Positions 43,743 to 52,910 of a stretch of DNA of 64,000 bases are shown in pieces (position 1 is the first letter of the stretch; the number at the start of each line of letters is the position of its first letter). The stretch is taken from the NCBI GenBank assembly GCA_947630455.1, contig CANRHP010000001.1:25651-89650 (forward strand). The letters are read 5' to 3'. Under the pieces are notes generated by a model. The model saw nothing but the letters and a program-made list of their open reading frames with translations, did no database searches and was not told where the DNA came from. A program made the translations under genes and the position numbers. This DNA comes from an uncultured Clostridia bacterium (GTDB lineage Bacteria; Bacillota; Clostridia; Christensenellales; CAG-314).

Positions 43743-44447
43743 TTAGCGTATTTTGTCCAGGCAAGCAAACAAGTGCATTGTATGATGACACGTGATCGGT
43801 GTCAAAATCATTCCGCCGACGGTGAGACGTCCCCAAAACACCAATAACCATACGGAACGAAAATCGGTAGTAACCCCACCTTCTTCAAGTATACGCATTA
43901 TCCGTTCCTCCGGCACCATTGACTGTATTTGATCGAGCGTCAAAGAGCTGATGATCTCTCTTGTGTTTTTTCCCACCTCAATCATATAGCTGCGGAGCTC
44001 CGTCGTGTTTATTGATTTGCCGAATTCTACCGCCGCATCAAATTCCAATGCGTTGCCTGTATCAGAAATAGACGAGCCTATCCTTCGTTGCCATTCCGAA
44101 TTGAAAATTTGCATTCTGTTGCCAATAAGAATATTGCTGATGAGATCTTCTATTCTGTATGTATGCCAAAACTGCCAAACTAACGGCACCGTAGCAGTTC
44201 CGTCATAGTGAAGATCTGTGTCAAAATTTTTTCTGGGCACCAATTCGTTTTGATTGCCGTTTGCCAAATAATCCCAAACATAATCGGCAAGAGTTTGTTC
44301 GTTCCTACCGGATATAATTGCCGAATGAACCAAAGCGTGCATTTCCAAGGTCAGTTCTTTTATCTTGGCTAAATCGGTGCCGCACAATGCCATTTTTAAT
44401 TGTTCGTATTTTAAATCAATTTCTTTACATAGATTTTTAATCAACAT
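43743..44447 (-). CDS. DinB-like superfamily protein (hypothetical)
   Basis: From MLIKNLCKEIDL (GAGGGAGA SD). His-containing helices (EMHALVH, WHTYRIEDL, HHTMH) suggest a DinB/YfiT-like four-helix fold. The assignment is tentative. Confidence 0.45.
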   Translation of the reverse strand: MLIKNLCKEIDLKYEQLKMALCGTDLAKIKELTLEMHALVHSAIISGRNEQTLADYVWDYLANGNQNELVPRKNFDTDLHYDGTATVPLVWQFWHTYRIEDLISNILIGNRMQIFNSEWQRRIGSSISDTGNALEFDAAVEFGKSINTTELRSYMIEVGKNTREIISSLTLDQIQSMVPEERIMRILEEGGVTTDFRSVWLLVFWGRLTVGGMILTPITCHHTMHLFACLDKIR

Positions 44448-44466
44448 ATTTTCTCCCTCAAATGAT

Positions 44467-44962
44467 TCAGCTTGCAATAATTTCCTTTGCAATGTCGTCG
44501 ATACTTTTGGACGTTGTGTCGATTTTGACAGTATTTAACTTTTGGTATAAGGGTAATCGCGCAATACTTCTATCTATTACATCTGCCGTACGAAGCCCGT
44601 TTGAGATATCTTTTTGCAATCGTTCCCGCAGTGTTTCTTCATCGCAGATAAGCGAAAACACTTTAACAATGCAATGTCGCGCGTCAAGGCTTTCCAACAA
44701 GCCCTCTATAATATCCTGTCGGTGCATGACCCAACTAAAAACAATGTTTTCGTAGACGGAACAATGGATAAAGTTGTTGAGTAAGTGACTGATGTTATCC
44801 ATAACCATATTTTTTGTTTCTTCCGTCACTTGAAACGGATCGGCATGCCAACACCAATCCCCCGTCAAGAAACACACTGTTGTTAAGCAAATAATTCATT
44901 TTTTGGCATACGGCATTTTTTCCTACGCCCATAGTACCGCCGACTAAAAAAATTGTTTTCAT
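44467..44962 (-). pseudogene. P-loop NTPase/kinase-like gene interrupted by a +1 frameshift in a G5 run
   Basis: The ATG at 44962 (GGAGAAGT SD) gives MKTIFLVGGTMGVGKNAVCQKMNYLLNNSVFLDGG, then runs out of frame. ORF 44467-44877 continues as (D)WCWHADPFQVTEETKNMV... Removing one G from GGGGG (C5 on the plus strand, 44859-44863) joins them as ...VFLDGDWCWHADPF. Confidence 0.7.
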
Positions 44963-44983
44963 ACTTCTCCGTCAAATTGATAT

Positions 44984-45422
44984 TTACCGTTCGATATTCT
45001 TACAACTGATCGTAATATGTCCAATCCCGAAAATTATCGAACAAATCAAAAGCGGAATTGACAGCACCATAATACTGCTGAACACAAAAATCACAGTGGG
45101 CGTTATGGAGAGCCAAAGTATTTTTGCTCTGCCGCGCCCCTTTCGATAAATGATCCACCCCAATAAATATAGCGCGAGAAATGCTCCGTTTACCGACAGG
45201 TATACAACGACCGCACAAATCGAACCAAAAATCAAAGTAGGTGTACGGGATATTGAATATCATAAATGCTATACAACCATAGCGCCCGATCTGTTCTAAC
45301 GCAAGAATTGTTTTCTTGTTATATCTATTTTCAAATGCACTTTTATCGACCGCCGCGCTGATGATATTCGGAATCAAGATGATTGCAACCGCAATCAACC
45401 CATAATAATTAAACCAACCCAT
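44984..45422 (-). pseudogene. multi-TM membrane protein gene interrupted by a frameshift near a T5 run
   Basis: ORF 45000-45422 is membrane-like only up to ...NIPYTYFDFW. The hydrophobic continuation GSICAVVVYLSVNGAFLALYLLGWIIY... lies in ORF 44984-45235, in another frame. Deleting one T of TTTTT (A5 on the plus strand, 45227-45231) joins them. Confidence 0.6.
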
Positions 45423-45440
45423 AACACTCTAAATTGAAAT

Positions 45441-45758
45441 TTATTTCTTTTTAATTTTCGGCATAGGTAAGTCATCATACATTGCCTCAAACAATCCTTC
45501 CAAATAAAGCTTATCATCTACATTGTCCACAAGTAACATTTCCTTTACGCCCTCATAAGGCAAGGAATACTCTGCTTGGGGTAAATAAGCAATTGCAGAT
45601 TTTACGGGTTTTACAAGTAATCTGTCGTCATAGATACCGCCGACAAGTTTGCCGCGATAGTAAATCAGAAATTCGCCCATCATAGGCTTGTAGGTTATAT
45701 CCTTTAAGCTCGACAATTGCTCCAGTATGAACTTCAAATATTCTTTGCTTGACGGCAT
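45441..45758 (-). CDS. TfoX N-terminal domain protein
   Basis: From MPSSKEYLKFILEQL (GTGGAGA SD): ...PMMGEFLIYYRGKLVGGIYDDRLLVK... matches the TfoX_N pattern. Confidence 0.7.
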   Translation of the reverse strand: MPSSKEYLKFILEQLSSLKDITYKPMMGEFLIYYRGKLVGGIYDDRLLVKPVKSAIAYLPQAEYSLPYEGVKEMLLVDNVDDKLYLEGLFEAMYDDLPMPKIKKK

Positions 45759-45920
45759 AATTTCTCCACTAAAATTAAATTCAGACGCTTTATTGCGGGT
45801 TATAAGCATTGCACAGTTTCAGAAGCTCGTCGTGAGTATCAAACCGCGGTCAAATTCCTCTTGTAGGCTATAAAAGCTTGCGTCCAAGTATATGTCAAGT
45901 TTTGATTTGATTGTGAAGGG

Positions 45921-45964
45921 AAACGACGCAATCAACAATTTTAAGATAATGCGTCGTTTTTTTA
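45921..45964 (+). terminator. plus-strand terminator-like hairpin with no obvious upstream gene
   Basis: AAACGACGCA (45921-45930) / TGCGTCGTTT (45950-45959), 19-nt loop, followed by a T-rich tract. Confidence 0.4.
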
Positions 45965-46091
45965 TATTGTACCATAAAAAAGCATATAAATCAACAAAGA
46001 GATAATACGCTGTCGGGTAAAACAAGGAAATATGCACTATGATGGACGTTCAGCGCAAAACACAAAAGCCGCCGCAAGCCAACCAACGCCG

Positions 46092-46682
46092 TTATTGCGC
46101 CATTGTGGAAGTAGGTTCATTCTGAGAATTGTCTGTACGCTTGTCCGGTCGAAAAATTGCCTTGAACAATGTGCGCACAAATGGCTGTATAAACAGCAAT
46201 TGAGAAAAGAAGGCGAACGGTAGATTGAAGCAAACCAGTTTGAGCCAATTTGCCAAAAGCGTCCAAAAATTGAAGGAAGCAAAACCGTACGGATAATACA
46301 TAACGGCAGCAATAAAGCTCATTGCGGGACACATCAGTCCCACCGTGGCAATGATGATAGCCGACTCGAAAATCACAGGATGAACGCTGCCCGGCTTGAA
46401 TACTCTGCACACCAGACGGAAGCTGCACGGACTGCCCATGACGCACTCCAAGGTATAGGCGAAAGCAAATTCTATGAGCACCACCGCCCAAATGGGAACG
46501 GGAGTTCCGAATACCGAAACACCGCCCATTGCATTTATCGCGGCAATAACGCCGGTTTCACCCGTCAACTGCATAAAATAGTTGCCATTGATGACATACA
46601 AGCTGTAAAAGACATAAGCATGTACCGTAATCACTACGGTGATGAGTGCAAATATCATACGTTGAAACAAATTTTTTGGCAT
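46092..46682 (-). CDS. DUF2798-like multi-TM membrane protein
   Basis: From MPKNLFQRMIFALITVVITVHAYVFYSLYV (AGGAGG SD). About 6 TM helices. The family name is from memory of similar N-termini. Confidence 0.5.
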   Translation of the reverse strand: MPKNLFQRMIFALITVVITVHAYVFYSLYVINGNYFMQLTGETGVIAAINAMGGVSVFGTPVPIWAVVLIEFAFAYTLECVMGSPCSFRLVCRVFKPGSVHPVIFESAIIIATVGLMCPAMSFIAAVMYYPYGFASFNFWTLLANWLKLVCFNLPFAFFSQLLFIQPFVRTLFKAIFRPDKRTDNSQNEPTSTMAQ

Positions 46683-46804
46683 AACTCCTCCTAAACAAAA
46701 AAGTACTGCTCCGCAGCTATCCGAAAACATTGTGCCGTGATCAGATTTACATGCAAAGCAATACTTGTGTCGTTACGTTTCGTTGTGAAAATATTGTACA
46801 ACAT

Positions 46805-46840
46805 AAAAGAATTTCCCGCAAATAAATTCGGGAATTTTTA
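46805..46840 (-). terminator. terminator after the ArsP_2-like permease gene
   Basis: TTCCCG-caaataaatt-CGGGAA hairpin with flanking A and T tracts. Confidence 0.5.
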
Positions 46841-46938
46841 TACTTTTTGATATAATAAAATTATGTTTTTGCGATTATTTATATACTATGACTGAAATAA
46901 TAGCCTACAAAATAGCAAAATATTAAGAAGCAAAAGCA

Positions 46939-47799
46939 TCAAATAAGCGTAAACAGCCAACCAACAACGCCACAAAGCGCACCGACAAAGTACATCAGCA
47001 GCAGTATCAAAAGGTTGCGTTTAAGCTCTTTTTTTTCTTTAAACAAAATTGCCAACGCAATACCGCTGTTGCTTACCAATCCCGCAAGCAAAGCGGGAAG
47101 AGTTATGATACCGTCGGCAAACATTCCAGTCAATATCACACTGCCGGCACAGTTGGGCACCAAGCCTATAAGCGCCGTAAACAGACTTTGCGCAGCGCCC
47201 AGCTTGGCGGCAAAGTCCAAAATTGGCTGTTCAAAATAATACAACAAAATGCCAAAAACAGCATTGACAACAAATATATAGACAAATATTTTGATTGTGT
47301 GCAAAATAGGATGCTTGACAAAGCCCCAAAAATTCCGTTTGTGTTCACCGCTCATCTCGTGGTGACAGCAGCCATGTTCATCATTCAATTCATAGTCGGC
47401 AGCAAGCGGACGGCGGTCAAACAAATTGACAATATAGCCAAGCACAACGGCATAGACGATCTTGACAAGCAGCACTATCCACACAACCGGCAGCGTCTCA
47501 ACGTTAGTAAGCAAAATGGGCAACGCCTCGTCACTTGTAGCGACAAAAAAAGCAACAAGCGTGCCTAATTTGAGATATTTTTGGCAATACAGATCCGCCG
47601 CCATCACCGAAAACCCGCATTGAGGAATAAGCCCCACTCCACTCGCAACCAATGGAGCAAATTTGCCGTTGAGGAGCTTAACTGTGCGGCATCTTGCCCT
47701 GCTGTTGCTTTCGAGAAACTCTATGAGCAAATATATCAAGAGTAAAAAAGGCGCGGCTATAGCACTGTCTTTAAGTGCGTCTAAAATTACATTTCCCAT
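46939..47799 (-). CDS. ArsP_2-type putative 10-TM metal exporter/permease
   Basis: MGNVILDALKDSAIAAPFLLLIYLLIEFLE..., GLIPQCGFSVMAADLY and FFVATSDEALPIL resemble the ArsP_2 family. The start is ambiguous (ATG at 47799 or TTG at 47841). Confidence 0.6.
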   Translation of the reverse strand: MGNVILDALKDSAIAAPFLLLIYLLIEFLESNSRARCRTVKLLNGKFAPLVASGVGLIPQCGFSVMAADLYCQKYLKLGTLVAFFVATSDEALPILLTNVETLPVVWIVLLVKIVYAVVLGYIVNLFDRRPLAADYELNDEHGCCHHEMSGEHKRNFWGFVKHPILHTIKIFVYIFVVNAVFGILLYYFEQPILDFAAKLGAAQSLFTALIGLVPNCAGSVILTGMFADGIITLPALLAGLVSNSGIALAILFKEKKELKRNLLILLLMYFVGALCGVVGWLFTLI

Positions 47800-47969
47800 T
47801 TGTCTAAACCGTGATCGGTCGATTTTATCGCTTATAAACAAACTCTACCGATCGCTACAACTTTGTTTATCCGACAAAATAATGTCAATGACCTTACTTT
47901 TACGCCAATAGGTTTGCAATTTTCCAAGGGATCGAACGGTCGGTTAAAATATACAATAGCGGAGCAAAT

Positions 47970-48812
47970 TCAGTCTTTCTTTACAATAAGTCCAAGCTCC
48001 GCGCAAAGGTCCTCCAAAGACATATCCGTCTTGGTAAGCTCTCTGAGGTCTATGACCTGACCGGAAGCCTGCTCCACCTTACCTATGGGATTGGCGTAGA
48101 TACCCATGGTTTTTTCGCTTGGAGTGACATCTACCACCTCGCGCGCCTGACGCCATTTTTCCTCTTCCGTCAGGGGACGCTCCTCCGAAACGGTTTTCTG
48201 CTCGGCAGAGGATACAGGCTGAACAACAGGCTGCGCCGGTGACGGAGCCGTTTGAACAGCGGGCTGCGCGGCAGAGGTCTGTTGTGCCGCAGGTTGCTGC
48301 TGCGGAGCGGCTGACTGAGCTTCGGATTGTATCTCCGCTTGCTGAGCGGCGGCAGCCGAAGCCACCTCCCTTTCGTGGCGAGCCTTCTTTTCTTCCATTT
48401 CCTTTGCTACATCCTTACCCTCGTAGGCATTGATTACCGCCTCGATCTTATTTTGCAAAGTGTTAAAAGCGCGAACCTCATCTTCGGATAGAGCCGCGAT
48501 GAGCGTTTGAGAGTAAGCCCGCCAAGTGGCATAGAAAATTTTTGCACGAGAAAGAACCAAATCGGAATATCTCTCGGCATCGAATTTTAACTCCTGCGCA
48601 AGATGCTGAGAAGCTATCAACGACTTGCTAATCGCCTGCTCGTCTGTTTGATACTGCTTTATTTGCTGACGAAGCGCATGGTTTTCGTCTGAAAGCTGAT
48701 CAATGCGCTCTTTTTGCGCGACACGAATTTTTTGTTCTTTTGCGGCGGTATCCGCAATGTATTTATCCACTTCAATTGGGTCGTAGCCCCTGAAAACTTT
48801 TTTGAAACTCAT
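47970..48812 (-). CDS. DivIVA domain-containing protein with Q/A-rich linker
   Basis: N-terminal MSFKKVFRGYDPIEVDKYI DivIVA motif, coiled-coil region, and an AAQQ/PAAQ low-complexity segment. ATGA overlap with the pncB stop. Confidence 0.8.
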   Translation of the reverse strand: MSFKKVFRGYDPIEVDKYIADTAAKEQKIRVAQKERIDQLSDENHALRQQIKQYQTDEQAISKSLIASQHLAQELKFDAERYSDLVLSRAKIFYATWRAYSQTLIAALSEDEVRAFNTLQNKIEAVINAYEGKDVAKEMEEKKARHEREVASAAAAQQAEIQSEAQSAAPQQQPAAQQTSAAQPAVQTAPSPAQPVVQPVSSAEQKTVSEERPLTEEEKWRQAREVVDVTPSEKTMGIYANPIGKVEQASGQVIDLRELTKTDMSLEDLCAELGLIVKKD

Positions 48813-50260
48813 TTTGCCACCGTATTGCGTTCTTCCCGAATGAGCTGTTGTTTTAGCTCGTACAGCTTATCGGACAAATCTACCTTGTAGTCGTGAGGAT
48901 TGCTAAGACGCTTGTACTCCTCCCAGAAGCCGTCCAAGCTCGCCGCGCAATCCTGCTGCAGCTGATATACATCCTTGTGAGGCAACACACGTTTGCCGTT
49001 TACAATAGCGTCGATATATAGTTCCTTTGCGTAAAAGTCGGTAATCGTTTTGGTTTTCCACCGCTCAACCGGATGAGTGATCGTGAGCGGCTTGTCATCG
49101 TTTATTACCTCACCCTTCAATGCAATTACATCGGCAATTGCCTTGTTGGAATCGCGCCCGAACAGTCGAAAGACGGTTTTTACGCCCGGATTGGTCATCT
49201 TTATTGGATTGTCGCTGATTTTCATCTTAGGATAAGCTTTGCCATCCTCAACAAGATTGGACAGCTTGTACACTCCGCCGAGACTGGGGGTGTTGTTGCT
49301 GGTAATAAGCTTGGTTCCCACACCGAAAATGTCAATTCGTGCTTCCTGCTGCTTGAGACTTTCAAGAACATATTCGTCAATATCCGAGCTGGCAAAAATT
49401 TTCGCGTCCGTATACCCGGCGGCATCCAGCATTTTGCGCGCCTCCTTGGATAGATAGGCAAGATCGCCGCTGTCCAAACGGATTCCTACGGGTTTGTAGC
49501 CCTTGGCAGTGAGATAATCAAAAGCTTTGATTGCATTGGGTACCCCGCTGCCCAGCGTATCGTAAGTGTCAACCAAAAGCAGACAGTTTTCCGGATAGGT
49601 GTCGGCGTAAGCCTTGAAGGCGTCCAATTCCGTCGGAAAAGACATAACCCAACTATGCGCGTGAGTGCCTTTGGGAGGTAAATCGAACATTTGGGCGCAC
49701 AACACATTGCTTGTGGAGCTGCATCCGCCTATCACCGCCGCACGAGCACCGTATATCGCAGCGTCGGGTCCCTGTGCGCGACGCAAGCCAAATTCCAAAA
49801 CGCCCGCCGGAGCTGCAGCATAGCACACCCGACGCGCCTTGGTTGCAATAAGCGTTTGGTGATTTATGATGTTCAAAAGCGCTGCTTCTATCAACTGCGC
49901 CTGACATATAGGTGCAGTAACGATCAAAAGCGGTTCATACGGGAAAACGACCGTGCCTTCGGGAATTGCCCGAACACTGCCTGTAAAACGAAAATCCTTG
50001 AGAGCAGCAAGAAAATCCTCGCCGAATGCCTTAGTAGAACGCAAGTAAGCTATGTCCTCGTCGTCGAAAAGCAGGCTCTCAAGATACTCCACCGCCTGCT
50101 CAAGTCCTGCGGCTATGCAAAAATTGCTCTCTTCAAATGGGCGGAAAAACAAATCGAAGGTAGCGGTTTCATCCGTCTTGCCATGGCGGTAATAGCCGTA
50201 CATCATTGTCAACTCGTAAAAATCCGTTAAAAGTGTAAGATTTCTCATTATTAACCTCAT
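48809..50260 (-). CDS. pncB: nicotinate phosphoribosyltransferase
   Basis: LLTDFYELTMMYGYY and the FGLRRAQG...GTHAHSW motif set. ATGA overlap with the lgt stop. Confidence 0.92.
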   Translation of the reverse strand: MRLIMRNLTLLTDFYELTMMYGYYRHGKTDETATFDLFFRPFEESNFCIAAGLEQAVEYLESLLFDDEDIAYLRSTKAFGEDFLAALKDFRFTGSVRAIPEGTVVFPYEPLLIVTAPICQAQLIEAALLNIINHQTLIATKARRVCYAAAPAGVLEFGLRRAQGPDAAIYGARAAVIGGCSSTSNVLCAQMFDLPPKGTHAHSWVMSFPTELDAFKAYADTYPENCLLLVDTYDTLGSGVPNAIKAFDYLTAKGYKPVGIRLDSGDLAYLSKEARKMLDAAGYTDAKIFASSDIDEYVLESLKQQEARIDIFGVGTKLITSNNTPSLGGVYKLSNLVEDGKAYPKMKISDNPIKMTNPGVKTVFRLFGRDSNKAIADVIALKGEVINDDKPLTITHPVERWKTKTITDFYAKELYIDAIVNGKRVLPHKDVYQLQQDCAASLDGFWEEYKRLSNPHDYKVDLSDKLYELKQQLIREERNTVAK

Positions 50261-51927
50261 TTATTCTGCGATTGGTCGGATTGCGCAGTCTGTCCGGCAT
50301 CGTTGTCGACTGCATTGCTGTCTGCTCCCCCGACCGGGGCGGAAATTTGCTTGTCTGCTTTTTTTTGACGTTTCTTTTCCTTATCCGGATCCACCCAGGG
50401 CTTCAGATTTGCCACACTGTAATCCTGATATACCTTTGGAGGAAATACGAAAAGCAAAAATTTGTTGAGCTTGACATCATATTGTTCACCGCACTCGCAG
50501 CGCGCATGCACAATACTGCTCCCTTTATCGTCGTCCTTTGCCGACGCTTCGGCAAGCTGTCTGTACAACGGCACATCCTTGAGCACGACAAAAGCAGCCG
50601 CAGTTGCCATACATACCACAAATAATACTATGCCGTTTGCAATTCCGTCCACTATGCCCCATTTGATAAGGCTGAACAGCCCGAAGCCCACAAGCAATGA
50701 ACTGACAACCACATAGCATACAAATGCCACAAAATATTTCTCGCGAGGCGTTTGCCATTGCTCCTTGGGCACATGACATTCGTGACAATTGGGACAATAC
50801 AGCTTTAGCCTGTCAAACAGCGACCACACACCGAGCGCACAGTAAACGGCGCCGACTGCAGCAAAGAAGCCGATGATAAGCTCGGCTTGACCTTGTTCGG
50901 CAAGGGCACTAAGCACAAACATGGCTACGCCAGTACCCAAAAGAACAATGGACAAAGCCAGCAAAATCCAACGCGACACGCTGATTTCGTCGTAATCCGA
51001 CTTAAACATTTTTTTATACAGTGCGTGCAGCTCTTTGCGATAAACCTTTGAAAGTAAAATTATTCCCAAAGCTATCGTAAAGACTGATACAAGCTGACTT
51101 ATTTTGATATTGGTTTGCGTTGCTCCTACATACAGGTACAGACTATCCGTACGCAGCCCCTCGATGATAAGCCGAACAATACCGTAGTAAATCCCGTAAA
51201 ATGCGGTGCACCACCCCAAACGATAATGCTTGCTGCGAGTCAGCACAAACACACATATAAGAAATCCGATCAATGTGCACATGGATTCGTAAAAGAAAGT
51301 CGCCTGATACCATCCGCCGCGGGCGGGATTTACATGGTCGAACCAAGTTCCGTCTATCCACACCGCATAGCCGTTGAACCGTTCAAACATTCCGCTTGAC
51401 GCATGCGGAAGCGCGTCATAAACGTTGGTGATCAGATTGCCGTACGCCTCCTGATTGGCAAAATTGCCCCAACGACCGAAGCTTTGCGCTATCATTACTC
51501 CGGGCAAAATGCTGTCGGTGACAATTCGAAAATCCTGTTTTTTGATTTTTGACAAAACCCAAGCGGAGACGTAACCCAAAATAACTCCGCCGTATATACC
51601 CAAACCGCCGTCGCGAATATCCCAGATTGTGGACCAATCGAGAAGGTGACCTTCCCACGGGAAAATATACACGTACAATCTCGCACCGATGACGCCGAAG
51701 GGAATCAGCACCAGGGCATAAATGGTTATGTCATAAGGATCGTAACCGCGTTTTTTAAAGTAATATGCGGCGACGACTATTGCTACACACATACCGGTGA
51801 CTATGCATAAGGCATAGATATATATGGGAAAGTTAAACAACCATATAGCAGGATTGTTTCCGTTTTCGCCAGGACCGTAACCGAACTTCATCCCGCGCCA
51901 GGTTATCAGTGAAATCAGATTTGTCAA
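50257..51927 (-). CDS. lgt: prolipoprotein diacylglyceryl transferase with a ~270-aa C-terminal extension
   Basis: Lgt motifs ARLYVYIF, GGLGIYGGVILG and FGRWGNFANQEAYG occupy the first ~280 aa. Start is the TTG at 51927 with AAAGGAG SD (alternative ATG at 51891). The track ORF runs to 52272 through the promoter. Confidence 0.88.
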   Translation of the reverse strand: MTNLISLITWRGMKFGYGPGENGNNPAIWLFNFPIYIYALCIVTGMCVAIVVAAYYFKKRGYDPYDITIYALVLIPFGVIGARLYVYIFPWEGHLLDWSTIWDIRDGGLGIYGGVILGYVSAWVLSKIKKQDFRIVTDSILPGVMIAQSFGRWGNFANQEAYGNLITNVYDALPHASSGMFERFNGYAVWIDGTWFDHVNPARGGWYQATFFYESMCTLIGFLICVFVLTRSKHYRLGWCTAFYGIYYGIVRLIIEGLRTDSLYLYVGATQTNIKISQLVSVFTIALGIILLSKVYRKELHALYKKMFKSDYDEISVSRWILLALSIVLLGTGVAMFVLSALAEQGQAELIIGFFAAVGAVYCALGVWSLFDRLKLYCPNCHECHVPKEQWQTPREKYFVAFVCYVVVSSLLVGFGLFSLIKWGIVDGIANGIVLFVVCMATAAAFVVLKDVPLYRQLAEASAKDDDKGSSIVHARCECGEQYDVKLNKFLLFVFPPKVYQDYSVANLKPWVDPDKEKKRQKKADKQISAPVGGADSNAVDNDAGQTAQSDQSQNK

Positions 51928-52063
51928 ACCGTTGCTCCTTTTGTGTAATTTTTGCCGCAAAAAAACGAAATGCCTGCAATGCGCGCCAAGTCGCCGCGGA
52001 TCAAGCTGTGCGGCACTTACCGGCCGCTGCTGTAAAATAAATTCGTGCAATAATTTAATATTT

Positions 52064-52092
52064 ATTATAATATCTTTATTGTCGACTGTCAA
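52064..52092 (-). promoter_or_regulatory. consensus sigma-A promoter of the lgt-pncB-divIVA operon
   Basis: Minus strand: TTGACA (52087-52092), 17 nt, TATAAT (52064-52069). Confidence 0.7.
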
Positions 52093-52543
52093 ACGAAATA
52101 AATGACTGCGATTGACGGTTTTTGTGCCGCGTAAAGCAGCAATAAAAATAAATATGTATTTCGCTGCGCTACTCGTCAAGGACGTTTTGCTTTTACCGCA
52201 AAATATTTTCGGACTAACCACAACATGATCTCGCTTTGCATTACACAACGCCAGTTGTTTTGAGTAACGCAATGAAAACGAATGGAAGCAAGCTTTTATT
52301 TTGCTTTCTCATGCCTGTGACTGTAACCTATGCTTTTGCTGACATACCGCCGTGTTGTCAGGCACAAAACGAACAAACAAAAGCAAGTCAAAACGAAGCA
52401 GTTGAGGGAATTTTAGCAAATTCTGATATTATTATCGCATAAATACAATACTATGTCTGACATTGTAGTATACAATTCGGCGATTTTTGCGGTACATGAG
52501 CCCGTGTTTGTTGCACCGCTGCGTTTACAATCCAAGATATAGT

Positions 52544-52586
52544 AAAAAAAGCTTGGGATCTGGACTTACCCGTAAAATCCCAAGCT
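52544..52586 (-). terminator. mazF terminator
   Basis: AGCTTGGGAT / ATCCCAAGCT stem whose loop contains the mazF stop codon, followed on the minus strand by a T7 run (A7 at 52544-52550). Confidence 0.8.
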
Positions 52587-52910
52587 CAAGAGCAAAGCAT
52601 CATTTATCTGCTGCATAACATCGGGAGGAAGCTCGCCGATTTTTTCTTTTATTCTGCTTTTGTCTATTGTGCGTATTTGCTCCAACAGCACCACCGAATC
52701 CTTCGGCATCGGCGTTGAGTCGTGGCTCAGTTCGATATGCGTGGGCAATTTGGCTTTTGTGAGGCGGGACGTAGTAGCCGCGGCAATAACCGTTGGGCTG
52801 TACTTGTTTCCTACGTCATTTTGCAGCACTACAATCGGACGGATTCCGCCCTGTTCGCTTCCCACAACCGGATTGAGGTCTGCGTAATAAATTTCTCCTC
52901 GTTTGATCAC
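52566..52910 (-). CDS. mazF: MazF/PemK/EndoA-type mRNA interferase toxin
   Basis: (GTG)IKRGEIYYADLNPVVGSEQGGIRPIVVLQNDVGNKYSPTVIAAATTS...LPTHIEL is highly similar to B. subtilis EndoA. AAGGAG SD. Confidence 0.93.
   Translation of the reverse strand: MIKRGEIYYADLNPVVGSEQGGIRPIVVLQNDVGNKYSPTVIAAATTSRLTKAKLPTHIELSHDSTPMPKDSVVLLEQIRTIDKSRIKEKIGELPPDVMQQINDALLLSLGFYG

Noticed and set aside
51928-52272. 115-codon N-terminal extension of the lgt ORF in the track.
   Set aside because: The extension runs through the consensus promoter and the AT-rich leader, and its sequence is not Lgt-like. A strong AAAGGAG SD precedes the TTG at 51927.
52236-52442. 68-aa plus-strand ORF with a signal-peptide-like segment (MKTNGSKLLFCFLMPVTVTYAFA).
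   Set aside because: It has no SD or promoter that I could support, and it lies in the lgt upstream region. It is too weak to call.
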